From IMG/VR virus record IMGVR_UViG_2571042390_000001: 64,000 bases of DNA. The stretch is one strand, 5' to 3'. Of the stretch, positions 45,607 to 54,752 are shown piece after piece. Below the pieces are notes generated by a model that worked only from the letters and a program-made list of their open reading frames with translations, did not search any database and was not told where the DNA came from. Position 1 is the first letter of the stretch; each line of letters starts with the position of its first letter. The translations under genes were made by a program, and so were the position numbers. The DNA is from a virus (taxonomy: Duplodnaviria > Heunggongvirae > Uroviricota > Caudoviricetes).

Positions 45607-46098
45607 TCACTCTCCTTTGATGCGAATGCCAGTGGTACTCATTCTCCTGATTTCCCAGAGCACACGAGGAACACCACCGTTTCCGACCGGATCGCGTTTA
45701 CTCCGCAGGGCGACGCTTGATTCCGCCCAGCTTTTTCTTGGAGGAAGCTCTTTCACACGAACAAAACCAGCTGCGCGGAGAGATGCTCCTGATTCATCTG
45801 CCTGGGTGTACGTAATACAACGTTGATAACCCATAGCCTTTGCTGCCCGCCAGACAGCACCATAAAGCGCGCTGTTAGCGTTGCGTTCTCCTGTGGTACA
45901 TGTGCGATTTACTTCAAGCGTTAATCCATCGTCCAAATGTCGTGCAACAGGTCTACCGGCTGTCGCCACACCTATCAATTCTCCGGCATCATTTCTCAGA
46001 CCAATGCTGAATTTATGCCCCACTGGTGGTTTATTGTGTCGGTGATGTCTGGATATAAACGCCTTCGCAACACGAAGAGTAACCGGTGAAATTTGCAT
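45607..46098 (-). CDS. Hypothetical protein, possibly acetyltransferase-like fold
   Basis: About 164 aa from ATG 46098 preceded by AAAGGAGAG; fold assignment not verified. Confidence 0.45.
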   Translation of the reverse strand: MQISPVTLRVAKAFISRHHRHNKPPVGHKFSIGLRNDAGELIGVATAGRPVARHLDDGLTLEVNRTCTTGERNANSALYGAVWRAAKAMGYQRCITYTQADESGASLRAAGFVRVKELPPRKSWAESSVALRSKRDPVGNGGVPRVLWEIRRMSTTGIRIKGE

Positions 46099-46100
46099 TC

Positions 46101-46550
46101 TCACTCTCCTTTGATGCCAATGTTTACAGACTGGCAAGCCTCTTTGAGCACCCAGTCAACAGCGTCTTTCCATGCTCCGGTTTCGACTGGCGGATTCTCA
46201 CGCTTAACTTGTTCATAGAAACGCACGGCTTTAACCAGTCCTTCTGATGTCACCGGGACTGGCGGGGCAGTGAATAAGGCCTGAATCTCATAGCTCGGCC
46301 TGTCGTTGCAATCCTCTTTTGTCGGTACATATTTCCAGTCACCAACCCACGGCTCCCCCTGAGAGTCCGTAACGCCTTTTTTCACGTAGCGATATCGCCA
46401 CGCGACTGGCTCTGCTTCCAACGATGCCAGTGCGATACGAAACACATTGGCAAGCAGACTGCTTGAAGATTGGTTATCGTGCGCCGGGTCGCTCAGGAAA
46501 CCAGTGATGAATGATTTAATTTCCGCGTTTTCTCTGGTAATAGTGGTCAT
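46101..46550 (-). CDS. Paralogue of 44645-45331
   Basis: 149 aa; MTTITRENAEIK...RIALASLEAEPV. Confidence 0.55.
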   Translation of the reverse strand: MTTITRENAEIKSFITGFLSDPAHDNQSSSSLLANVFRIALASLEAEPVAWRYRYVKKGVTDSQGEPWVGDWKYVPTKEDCNDRPSYEIQALFTAPPVPVTSEGLVKAVRFYEQVKRENPPVETGAWKDAVDWVLKEACQSVNIGIKGE

Positions 46551-46756
46551 TTATTAATCCTCAAAACTTTATGCCCGGGCGCAAAAGCACGTGTTTTGTC
46601 TTTGCTTATTCGCCAGCCATCCTTGCGCGCCTCTTTTGCACAGCCAGCCCATGACGTACCGATATACTCACCGAAGTCTGGCGTTTGATATTTACCATTT
46701 GTACACTGGCGACAATCACAGTAGAGATGCATGGTGTAACTTGCAGCGATAGCCAC
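46547..46756 (-). CDS. Small Cys-rich protein, possible zinc ribbon
   Basis: About 70 aa from GTG after RBS aaggag; CDCRQC ... GC pattern. Confidence 0.35.
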   Translation of the reverse strand: MAIAASYTMHLYCDCRQCTNGKYQTPDFGEYIGTSWAGCAKEARKDGWRISKDKTRAFAPGHKVLRINK

Positions 46757-46757
46757 A

Positions 46758-46946
46758 TCACTCTCCTTTAGTACGCAAGTGGTTTTTCCAGCGGTTTTGC
46801 GCCGCACTGGGCTTTTTGCAACAACTGTTACCCATCACCCCGCAACACCCCGCCAACCTCACTCGTCTGTTACTAATCCTCAACCAGCGCCAGATCCCAA
46901 CACCGTTTCTGCGAGCTAACAGAATTTTTGCTTTACGGTTTTTCAT
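46758..46946 (-). CDS. Possible small basic Cys-rich protein
   Basis: 62 aa; CCGVMGNSCC; weak RBS. Confidence 0.25.
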   Translation of the reverse strand: MKNRKAKILLARRNGVGIWRWLRISNRRVRLAGCCGVMGNSCCKKPSAAQNRWKNHLRTKGE

Positions 46947-46950
46947 CGCT

Positions 46951-47616
46951 TTACTCTTCTTCCTCACGCCCAAGATATGAAAGAGATGTGACTGCTGTTG
47001 CATGGAAACCACAAACCTTGCTAAGTGCGCTTTTAAACTCTTCAAGGTCGGATTGCGATTTGATTCTGAAAGGTGACTGCGCAATCCCGGACATGGTAAT
47101 GCCACTAACATTGCTCACTGCGTTGTAGTGATATACGTGCCTATTAGCTGATTGAGTCACGCGTTCCTGTTGGCTGTTTATATTGGCATCCTGCCCTGTG
47201 GTGGTCTTCTCCAACTCTTCGATACGTTCAGCCATCGCAGCACACTCTTCAAAGTTGCTTGATGCTTTTCTCTCCCATTCGGCGCATTGTTTTCCAAGCT
47301 CTGCAATCAGCTTGTCTTTGCCTTCAAGCTCAACACGCAGCTTCCCTACCGTTAGCGCAATATCCTCGTTCTCCTGGTCGCGAGATTTGATGTATTGCTG
47401 GTTTCTTTCCAGTTCATCCAGTAATGCCAAAGCAACCTTTGGATTAAAGGCAGCAATAAATTCAGCGTTGTTTTTCAGAACGTGTTGCGCAATGGCCTGA
47501 CCACTTAGTCGGACCTTATAACCACGTGCGCCACGGTGTGGTTTATATGAGTCCCAGTCTCCCCACGTTGCTTTCTCTGCCGCCTCACGCAGTGCCTGGT
47601 AATTAATTTTGCTCAC
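46951..47616 (-). CDS. Ead/Ea22-like family protein (paralogue set)
   Basis: 221 aa; N-terminus MSKINYQALREAAEKAT and AAFNPKVALALL shared with 48552-49274. Confidence 0.55.
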   Translation of the reverse strand: MSKINYQALREAAEKATWGDWDSYKPHRGARGYKVRLSGQAIAQHVLKNNAEFIAAFNPKVALALLDELERNQQYIKSRDQENEDIALTVGKLRVELEGKDKLIAELGKQCAEWERKASSNFEECAAMAERIEELEKTTTGQDANINSQQERVTQSANRHVYHYNAVSNVSGITMSGIAQSPFRIKSQSDLEEFKSALSKVCGFHATAVTSLSYLGREEEE

Positions 47617-48148
47617 TGACTGCCTCCTTCTTAATCAGTTTACACAGGTGCTCCACAGCCACAGAGAGTGCATCCACCGCTCGTTTATCCAGACGCGGGG
47701 CCAGAGCAAGCAGTTCATTTATTGCAATCTGAATACCATGCTCCGCCGCCAGCGCCGCGCGATTGCTCTCCAGCTCTGCAATGCGCTGTTTTGCGGTATC
47801 AAGTTCAATCGATAATTTTTCCAACTGCTCTTTATGCTTCTTGTATTCCTGATATGCGTGCCAGGACTGACCTTTGCGCACACTATCAGTAATATCAGTA
47901 ATCTGTTCTGGTGTTAGAGTGGTCAGTGGCTGTGCTGGGAAAATCAGCACTTTCCCGGAATCCCAATCAAAACCAGCGTGAATTGACTGAACCTCAACTG
48001 AGGGTGTTGAACCAATGCTGCCAGGCGAATGAACAACGATCGTTACATCCATATCGCGACGATGGCTGTGGTTGTTGGACAAAATACGATTCAACAAAAT
48101 ACGATTCACCAACTCAGAAAATTTGGAGAATTTCATGCGGAGCCTCAA
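47603..48148 (-). CDS. Hypothetical coiled-coil protein
   Basis: 181 aa; contains an in-frame 15-bp tandem duplication near the 5' end. Confidence 0.45.
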   Translation of the reverse strand: MRLRMKFSKFSELVNRILLNRILSNNHSHRRDMDVTIVVHSPGSIGSTPSVEVQSIHAGFDWDSGKVLIFPAQPLTTLTPEQITDITDSVRKGQSWHAYQEYKKHKEQLEKLSIELDTAKQRIAELESNRAALAAEHGIQIAINELLALAPRLDKRAVDALSVAVEHLCKLIKKEAVSEQN

Positions 48149-48555
48149 TATGCAAAATAGACCGTTGCCACGCCGTTATAGTGATCAAACGATACGGCGT
48201 TTACTTCATAACTGGCCGGGAGCTTCGAGCCAAGAACGTATCCGGGCCACGTTTTCCATGGAATTTCTCTATTCTCACTACCCCCATATACCGTACATCC
48301 AAGTGAACCTACAGCTTCATTAGAACGCGTGCCGCACGTTATGAATCCCAGATTTTGCTTACTGCTCTTAATGGTGATTGAGTGAACGCTGGCTGATGCA
48401 TTAGCAGCACGCTGTGCCTGTTGGTTTGCGATATTCGCAGAGTTCGCAGCAGCTACAGCAGCCGTAGTCGCGGCGGTAGAGGCTACAATAGCTGCTGAAG
48501 CATGCACTTGTTGGATATTCACCAACAATGCCGCGATAAAAATCATCTTCTTCAC
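48145..48555 (-). CDS. Secreted protein
   Basis: 136 aa; signal peptide MKKMIFIAALLVNIQQVHA; Ala/Asn-rich region; two Cys. Confidence 0.5.
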   Translation of the reverse strand: MKKMIFIAALLVNIQQVHASAAIVASTAATTAAVAAANSANIANQQAQRAANASASVHSITIKSSKQNLGFITCGTRSNEAVGSLGCTVYGGSENREIPWKTWPGYVLGSKLPASYEVNAVSFDHYNGVATVYFAY

Positions 48556-49274
48556 TTGTCAGCTCCTTTGCGAATCTGTTCCGCCCATTCTTCAAGGGAT
48601 TTCTCCGCATATTCACCAGACAGGCCATCAATCGGATGCGCTTCATTAGCCAACTCTTCTTTCGCTGACAAAATCATGCGTGTAACGTCGAAAACTTCAC
48701 GCAAAGACTTATTGATAAATCCGTGATTGAACGCAGCAGCAAGACGGCTGGCGGTATAGTTAACTCCCTCGTTGCGTGCTTCCGCACGAATTTCAGCCAG
48801 AAAAGCATCGGTGGCTGGCATATTTCCTGTTGCCTTCATGGCCTCCAAAATAACCAGAACGCCATCTCGCCCAACCTCCTCAGCGATAACCTCGGTGTTG
48901 TCGCCAACAACATCGCAGAATGCCTGAACTGCCTTACGAGCCAGTTCATTCTCCGCCGCCAGCGCCGCGAGATTAGTCTCAAGCTCTGCAATTCGACACA
49001 TAGCATCAATATTTGTGTCCTCCAGGCGCTTAATTTCACCAAGAAGCTCCAGTGCAACCTTTGGGTTGAACGCGGCAACATAACGAGCGTTGTTCTCTGC
49101 ATTTTTCTGTCCATCAAAGCCGGTCCATTTGATAACGTCTTCACATCGTTCATCACCGGGCGTGTGCACCGCATAAGTACCAGTATCCGTCGAAATAAAT
49201 GCGACCCATTCGTCTGGTGTTGCCTTTTCTGCCGCCTCACGCAGTACCTGATAGTCAATTGTCATTCTCGCCAT
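48552..49274 (-). CDS. Ead/Ea22-like family protein
   Basis: 240 aa; DYQVLREAAEKAT, AAFNPKVALELL, ATDAFLAEIRAEARNEG shared with paralogues. Confidence 0.55.
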   Translation of the reverse strand: MARMTIDYQVLREAAEKATPDEWVAFISTDTGTYAVHTPGDERCEDVIKWTGFDGQKNAENNARYVAAFNPKVALELLGEIKRLEDTNIDAMCRIAELETNLAALAAENELARKAVQAFCDVVGDNTEVIAEEVGRDGVLVILEAMKATGNMPATDAFLAEIRAEARNEGVNYTASRLAAAFNHGFINKSLREVFDVTRMILSAKEELANEAHPIDGLSGEYAEKSLEEWAEQIRKGADK

Positions 49275-49906
49275 CCTTCACAGTTGTAATCACGACAGCC
49301 TTCAAAATCATATGGGCTGTACTGCCAGGTTATTTTTCCGCAATGCGGACAATTCCAACGCACCTTCCCGCTTCGCGACTTCTTTCTTCTGTTCTGCTCT
49401 TTCAACCAGTCAGGCATGACCAAACCTGCGCCCTGAACCATTGTTCTGCGGTTAAAGTTATTGATATTGAACGTCCGGCGCTTTGCTGCATCAGCAATGG
49501 AAAATGGCAACCAAACTATTCCTGGTTCGTTTTTGTTGGCGAAGCTAAAGATGGTCGCTTTACTGAAGTCATCTGTTGGCAATCCACCGTGTTGAAGCCA
49601 GTAAACATCGTTGCCGTTCCAGCTACCTTTTTTGTAGGCCACATACTCAGTGCAATCTGACTCAATCAGGCTTTCTGTAGGGATGTACTGGCAATCAACG
49701 TGCCACACAGCCATTGCATCCACACTATCGGCACAAACAGGCTGATCGATATCTCGCCCACAATTCCAGGCTTTTTGGGCTTCTTCCAGCGTGTAAATAT
49801 GAGCGCGATCGATATCAGAACTGTAACCATTGCCGTTATGGCAATGGAATGAGGCGTTATTACCCACAGTTTCACGCAAGCACATCATGTAAAAGCGGTT
49901 ATTCAC
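49262..49906 (-). CDS. Hypothetical protein with C-terminal Cys cluster
   Basis: 214 aa; CPHCGK ... C ... C near the C-terminus. Confidence 0.45.
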   Translation of the reverse strand: MNNRFYMMCLRETVGNNASFHCHNGNGYSSDIDRAHIYTLEEAQKAWNCGRDIDQPVCADSVDAMAVWHVDCQYIPTESLIESDCTEYVAYKKGSWNGNDVYWLQHGGLPTDDFSKATIFSFANKNEPGIVWLPFSIADAAKRRTFNINNFNRRTMVQGAGLVMPDWLKEQNRRKKSRSGKVRWNCPHCGKITWQYSPYDFEGCRDYNCEGWRE

Positions 49907-50192
49907 TGGTTGCCTCCGCTTCCCACGTTTTCAGACTTTCACCACAGAATGGGCAAAATGAAACTCGAATAGGCGATTTAGAAAATTCACCAGACCGCAG
50001 CATGATCAGGTCTTGTGAATGAATTAATTCATGGTTATAGATTTTGTATTTCAGCAGACCTTTCCGCGTCGTGTATTCAGCATCCTGCTCCAGAGATTGT
50101 GCCAACGCCGCGCACGGTTCTATTTTTTTGTCATTAATCAAACAAGTGGAGATTCTGCACTTTGCAGCTCCGTCACCATTACCTTGACTCAT
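49899..50192 (-). CDS. Hypothetical small Cys-containing protein
   Basis: 97 aa; CPFCGES motif. Confidence 0.4.
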   Translation of the reverse strand: MSQGNGDGAAKCRISTCLINDKKIEPCAALAQSLEQDAEYTTRKGLLKYKIYNHELIHSQDLIMLRSGEFSKSPIRVSFCPFCGESLKTWEAEATSE

Positions 50193-50205
50193 TGCATTGC
50201 TCCCA

Positions 50206-51201
50206 TCAGTTATTGAACGTGATCACTCCGCGCTCAATGGCGAAGTCGAAAAGCTGGTTAGCGGCTACGTAAAGGCGTATGCCATGTGCTTTTTCCCATG
50301 CCCGGACATCGTTTTCTGCGCTTCTGGCGCAGTCATCGCAAAGAGGAACAGTCCAGCGGTCGTGTTCGTTTAACGAGCGGGCGCGGTACATGAATGGGTG
50401 ATTAACCTTGCCGCCGCAGCCTACACACGGGCGAGACACCACAAACCGGAGATAAGCCGGGCTTTTTCCGAGTAAGGTTTTTGGACGGCGCATATATAGG
50501 AGGCCAGAATCTTCATCGACGGACAGATTGACGATCTGCTCTGCGGAAATATCCACCAGCTCGCGGGTACTATGCTCCCAAGTAATATCCGACTCTTTCA
50601 GAGTGCCGGTAGGGATTTCAGTTTTTGGCTGACAAAATGCAATGCGACCAGCTTCATCAGGCAGTTCGTCTTTAAGATTCCGGCGAATGGCCCAAAAGGT
50701 GAGTTCAACCATGCTCAGATCGCGATCTGGCGGAAGTTTTAACTCGCTGGCAGCCCAGTTCATAATCCAGTTGGCGCGATTCAGTGACAGTTGGTCTTCC
50801 AGCTTGCCGTATCCCTTCATCATGTATTCCGCATCATGCTTCCAGCACAGGCGAACGGCAGAACCGTTATAGAAATGGGTGGTTAGCTGGTGGCTGCAAT
50901 CGCGCTTATCATGCACCTGGCAATCGTGAATGTTGGTGCTAACCCAGTGAACGAGAGAATCCTCACCACCTAACGCGTTAAATACGCGCTCACTTTGAAA
51001 AAAGGGTGCCAGTGACTGGTTGGCAACCAGTGAATAATTCAGGTCAACGACACCATCAGGGGTGTTTTCAGCCTGTTCACGCGGCAATGGGGATATAAGA
51101 AAACGGCGTCCTGCGCCGATGTAATTGCTGGTGGGCTTATCTACAGGAAAGACAGCCACACCAGTTTCATTTACGACATATGGGGTGATTATTGCACTCA
51201 T
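50206..51201 (-). CDS. Hypothetical protein, DUF968-like by recollection
   Basis: 331 aa; C-terminal CVGCGG ... CDDC cluster; operator pair directly upstream. Confidence 0.45.
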   Translation of the reverse strand: MSAIITPYVVNETGVAVFPVDKPTSNYIGAGRRFLISPLPREQAENTPDGVVDLNYSLVANQSLAPFFQSERVFNALGGEDSLVHWVSTNIHDCQVHDKRDCSHQLTTHFYNGSAVRLCWKHDAEYMMKGYGKLEDQLSLNRANWIMNWAASELKLPPDRDLSMVELTFWAIRRNLKDELPDEAGRIAFCQPKTEIPTGTLKESDITWEHSTRELVDISAEQIVNLSVDEDSGLLYMRRPKTLLGKSPAYLRFVVSRPCVGCGGKVNHPFMYRARSLNEHDRWTVPLCDDCARSAENDVRAWEKAHGIRLYVAANQLFDFAIERGVITFNN

Positions 51202-51240
51202 AATGCATACCGACTCTGTTTTGTTCCGATCGGTAAAATA

Positions 51241-51275
51241 ATATGTTAGAAAACTAAAATCAATGTTCTAACGTG
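51241..51275. promoter_or_regulatory. Pair of divergent operator-like motifs
   Basis: atatgttagaaaactaaaatcaatgttctaacgtg. Confidence 0.5.
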
Positions 51276-51429
51276 ATTTTGAGTGCGTAAATGATTTGAT
51301 CAGACTTTAAGCTGCCCTCCCTTCACCTGCATTAGCGTCAGATTTCCGCTAAAAACCGCGCCCGTGTCTAGTTTCTATAGCCAGAACCATCAATACGGCT
51401 ATATAAATTCACTTCATGCAGAGCCTGGG

Positions 51430-51741
51430 TCATGCGGCAACCTTCTCACGCAGCCAGATACAAACCGGACCATCTTCAGTGTCATGAATAGAGCCAACAA
51501 ACCAGCCTTCACCCTCTGGTCGCTCCGGTTCCCAGGCGGCAATATCGGGACCAGCTGCGTCCAGATCAAAATCATCTTCATCCATACTGCGAATAGTCCA
51601 CTGAAGATTATTTTCCTTCATCCAGGCGTCAAATTCCTCAGTGGAAATATATTCACGACCTGCGCAAAACTTCTCATACTCCGGATGTGTCCAGCAGCCA
51701 TATTCATCACGTTCTACCGGCATTTCTTTAATTGTGTTCAC
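51430..51741 (-). CDS. Hypothetical acidic protein
   Basis: 103 aa. Confidence 0.45.
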   Translation of the reverse strand: MNTIKEMPVERDEYGCWTHPEYEKFCAGREYISTEEFDAWMKENNLQWTIRSMDEDDFDLDAAGPDIAAWEPERPEGEGWFVGSIHDTEDGPVCIWLREKVAA

Positions 51742-51962
51742 TCTTCATCCTCCAAATCAGCAACCGCGTCCATCACATCAGAACCGCGAATAACTTCAAA
51801 AGCGCGGCAGGCCATTTGAAATACCCGTTGCTCTTGCGGGTGCGGAGACTCCCAATATTTGAAGCCTGGGCGATGCGTGTACCCCATCATGGAATAAAAA
51901 TCGCCAGCAAGTTCAATCGCGGCATCAACAAGTTCGCGATTTGTCATCGTCTGTTCTGTCAT
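51738..51962 (-). CDS. Hypothetical acidic protein
   Basis: 74 aa; overlapping stop/start. Confidence 0.4.
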   Translation of the reverse strand: MTEQTMTNRELVDAAIELAGDFYSMMGYTHRPGFKYWESPHPQEQRVFQMACRAFEVIRGSDVMDAVADLEDEE

Positions 51963-52234
51963 TTGGTTTTCTCCTGTCTGAACATCACTATCATCAGGTC
52001 GCCTTTTGTCGCTATTCTGGCTGTTGTGCCTGGTTCAATGCGGCTAAGTTCAAATGCGTCATAGAACGCTTCTAATGCCTTCTGGCGTAGTTCCTGTTTG
52101 CGCCGTTTTTTCCACTCTTTTAGGAAAATGGAACCCAGCCATCGCCAGGTACGGGACATGATGTAAAGCCAACCAAGAAGTGCCAGACCGGTATTTAGGG
52201 CCGTATCGAGCGTTATCGTGGTGTCGATATTCAC
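51959..52234 (-). CDS. Small membrane protein
   Basis: 91 aa; hydrophobic N-terminal half. Confidence 0.4.
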   Translation of the reverse strand: MNIDTTITLDTALNTGLALLGWLYIMSRTWRWLGSIFLKEWKKRRKQELRQKALEAFYDAFELSRIEPGTTARIATKGDLMIVMFRQEKTK

Positions 52235-52479
52235 TGTGGTGGTTCCTGCTTTTCTGCCTTCAATACCATGCGAGAACCATCATCCAGCTCCCAATTAATT
52301 TCACCGCCTTCTGCCATGACCAGATGCCAGACGAGTTGAGCGGCCTCGTTGGTTACATCACGACCGCGATCATTGCCAACACGACGTTTTGTTCCATCCC
52401 CTAAGTCACGCATTTTTGCCAACACGATGGTTTTTGATAGCGGTGAAAAACCAAGCTGTAGTCGTGCGGTATTACTCAC
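52231..52479 (-). CDS. Hypothetical protein
   Basis: 82 aa. Confidence 0.4.
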   Translation of the reverse strand: MSNTARLQLGFSPLSKTIVLAKMRDLGDGTKRRVGNDRGRDVTNEAAQLVWHLVMAEGGEINWELDDGSRMVLKAEKQEPPQ

Positions 52480-52482
52480 TGT

Positions 52483-52986
52483 TTACCTTCCTTTTCTAAG
52501 CTGTTCGGCGATATCTTCGAGAACGCCATCAGAGAATGAGCGGTCAAAATCGCCTTCCCGCGCATTAGCCATAAACTCAGTAGAGGTAAGAATCATCCGG
52601 GCAATATCCGCGGCGTTCTTCGCAGTATCATCAATAAAACCAGCTTCCCAAGCAGCCAGCATCCTGTTCGCCACAAAGTAAGCGCCCTCCTTGCGTGCTT
52701 CAGTCTTCACTTCATCCAGGAAAGTGTCGGTCGCAGGAGTGGTTTTTTGTGGTGATAGGGCGAGACGAATTGTTTCGAGAGCTGGATCTATTTCCACTGT
52801 TGGCACCTTGATAAAGCCAAGCTGCACGCCATTCATAATGAACGTGCGGCGATCCTCACATATCGCATTCAGTCTCGCATTCTCCGCCGCCAGCGCAGCA
52901 CACGCTTTCTCAAGTCGGGAAATTTCCGTTACATACTCAGCGTTACGCTCTGCCAGTTGTGCTGGCGTTAAACCTTCAGACTTCAT
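52483..52986 (-). CDS. Ead/Ea22-like family protein
   Basis: 167 aa; TDTFLDEVKTEARKEGAYFVANRMLAAWEAGF shared with paralogues. Confidence 0.5.
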   Translation of the reverse strand: MKSEGLTPAQLAERNAEYVTEISRLEKACAALAAENARLNAICEDRRTFIMNGVQLGFIKVPTVEIDPALETIRLALSPQKTTPATDTFLDEVKTEARKEGAYFVANRMLAAWEAGFIDDTAKNAADIARMILTSTEFMANAREGDFDRSFSDGVLEDIAEQLRKGR

Positions 52987-53293
52987 GTACTCTCCTTTCG
53001 AAATAAACGTACTGATTAATCATGCCCAGGGGCATTTCGAGTTTTTCCGCGATCTCACGGCGGGGAACACCACACTGATGAAGCTGCCGCGCCAGTTCTA
53101 TATCGCTCTGCCGGAATTTGGCTGACGGATGAAAGTCTCCTTTCAGAATCATGCTGATCCCCAACTCCCGCGCTTTAGTCCTGACGGCATCACCGGTACG
53201 ACCGATCAGCTTCCCAATACTCTCGACCGTCATAGTTCCGGCGCACTGGCGGAGTATCATGATTTCTGCCCTTCCCCATCCCCGCCAGCTCAC
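52976..53293 (-). CDS. Small DNA-binding-like protein with two HTH-like segments
   Basis: 105 aa; SIGKLIGRTGDAVRTKAREL and GVPRREIAEKLEM. Confidence 0.4.
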   Translation of the reverse strand: MSWRGWGRAEIMILRQCAGTMTVESIGKLIGRTGDAVRTKARELGISMILKGDFHPSAKFRQSDIELARQLHQCGVPRREIAEKLEMPLGMINQYVYFERRVHEV

Positions 53294-53928
53294 GCAGAAC
53301 TCCTTCTAACCAAAAGAACGCCATCTTCAGAAACAACGTTGCAGGACTTCAGGTAATTCATTGCCTCTTTCGGTAATGGATTCTTTGGATCGGCGTTTGC
53401 CAGGGATTTCGATAACCTCATGATAAATTTGATCATTACCTTCTGGCGGAGCTTGTGCTCATGAGATAAAGACAGGTAATAGGAAATGGTATGGGCTAAA
53501 CGCTCACGAAGCTGTTCTGTGCCGTGATATACAGCAGCGATATCACGCAGTGCATTGACCAGTTCCCGGTAAATATGCGGAGCAACCTGGCATTCAATGT
53601 TGGTTGGTGACTCATAAATTACAGTCAGCCCCAGCTTTTCAGCCAGCGCGTGCTCTGCGCGAGCACCAACCGATTCTTCCCATCGATTGAGCAAGTAGAT
53701 CGCATCAGCAGAACGCACCATTGCCAGGCAAATATCCATGTATTCACTCTGACAAAGGCCACCAGGTAACATAGCTGGATTCAGAACGATATGCCCTTCA
53801 GCCATCAACTCGCTCGCTTTCGCATTAAACGCCGCACGGTTGTAATCTGGATAACCAGTCATCGGCCCCGCGATGTAAATTTTCAAAACACGTTTCACCA
53901 TCAAAATTTCCCCAGAATCGTGACGCAA
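53290..53928 (-). CDS. Protein with N-terminal nucleoside 2-deoxyribosyltransferase-like (DUF4406-like) domain
   Basis: 212 aa; LKIYIAGPMTGYPDYNRAAF and AEHALAEKLGLTV; first gene after the operator at about 54100. Confidence 0.4.
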   Translation of the reverse strand: MRHDSGEILMVKRVLKIYIAGPMTGYPDYNRAAFNAKASELMAEGHIVLNPAMLPGGLCQSEYMDICLAMVRSADAIYLLNRWEESVGARAEHALAEKLGLTVIYESPTNIECQVAPHIYRELVNALRDIAAVYHGTEQLRERLAHTISYYLSLSHEHKLRQKVMIKFIMRLSKSLANADPKNPLPKEAMNYLKSCNVVSEDGVLLVRRSSA

Positions 53929-54093
53929 AACATAAGCACTGCGAAAAGCTCAATACCAAGCTCAAGTAGCGCCAACGCCCCGAAAAACAACACATAGAAC
54001 AGGCCAATCTCATTCACAGATGGCTGGTGGATCGCACTTAAAGCTATAAGCATCATGTCCTCCAAACAGTTATCAGGAATGATATTAATGTTT

Positions 54094-54112
54094 TGTGTTA
54101 GAAAATCAATTT
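54094..54112. promoter_or_regulatory. Operator-like motif between divergent operons
   Basis: tgtgttagaaaatcaatt. Confidence 0.5.
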
Positions 54113-54173
54113 TGAATATCTAACCATTTTGATCAATCATAGAAAAATCGTTGAAAAGTAAGAGACTGCCATC

Positions 54174-54752
54174 ATGCAGAAACAGAGTTATTGGGAGAAA
54201 CAGAGACAAAAAGCCATGCAAAAATTGGCTGACCCGGCCTGGCGAGAGGAACAAAGGGCAAAGCGCCTTCAACAAGCTCAACGCCAGCAGCAGCGAGCGA
54301 GAGAAAAAGCCGCATCGCCTGAATATCGGCAAAAGAAAATTGAAAAAGCAAAGCAATATGAACAGCGGAGAAAAGATAAAGCTGTATCCGCTCCGTCCAA
54401 AAAAACACGCACGTCACGCGGCCTGAAAGGCAGATCACTCACAGCCGATGAACGCCGGATACAGACCGCTATCGGTGCTCTCCCCTGCATTGCCTGCCAT
54501 ATTCACGGGCAACATAGCCCAGTGGTATCCCTGCACCATATCTTCGGGAGAACGGCAGAGAACGCGCATAAATATGTCCTCCCTTTGTGTAAATGGCACC
54601 ACCAGTACGCAGCGCCAGCCGAGGTCAGAGAACAATATCCCTGGCTGGTCCCTGTTCATGCTGACGGAAAAATAGGCGGAAAAGCAGATTTCATGCGGCA
54701 CAATGCCGATGAAATGACGTTGTATCAGATGGCGATTGAGTTGATAAATTAG
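54174..54752 (+). CDS. ref: Ref-like HNH endonuclease (recombination enhancement function)
   Basis: 192 aa; basic N-terminal region and HNH-type core LPCIACHIHGQHSPVVSLHHIFGRTAENAHKYVLPLCKWHH. Confidence 0.75.
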   Translation: MQKQSYWEKQRQKAMQKLADPAWREEQRAKRLQQAQRQQQRAREKAASPEYRQKKIEKAKQYEQRRKDKAVSAPSKKTRTSRGLKGRSLTADERRIQTAIGALPCIACHIHGQHSPVVSLHHIFGRTAENAHKYVLPLCKWHHQYAAPAEVREQYPWLVPVHADGKIGGKADFMRHNADEMTLYQMAIELIN

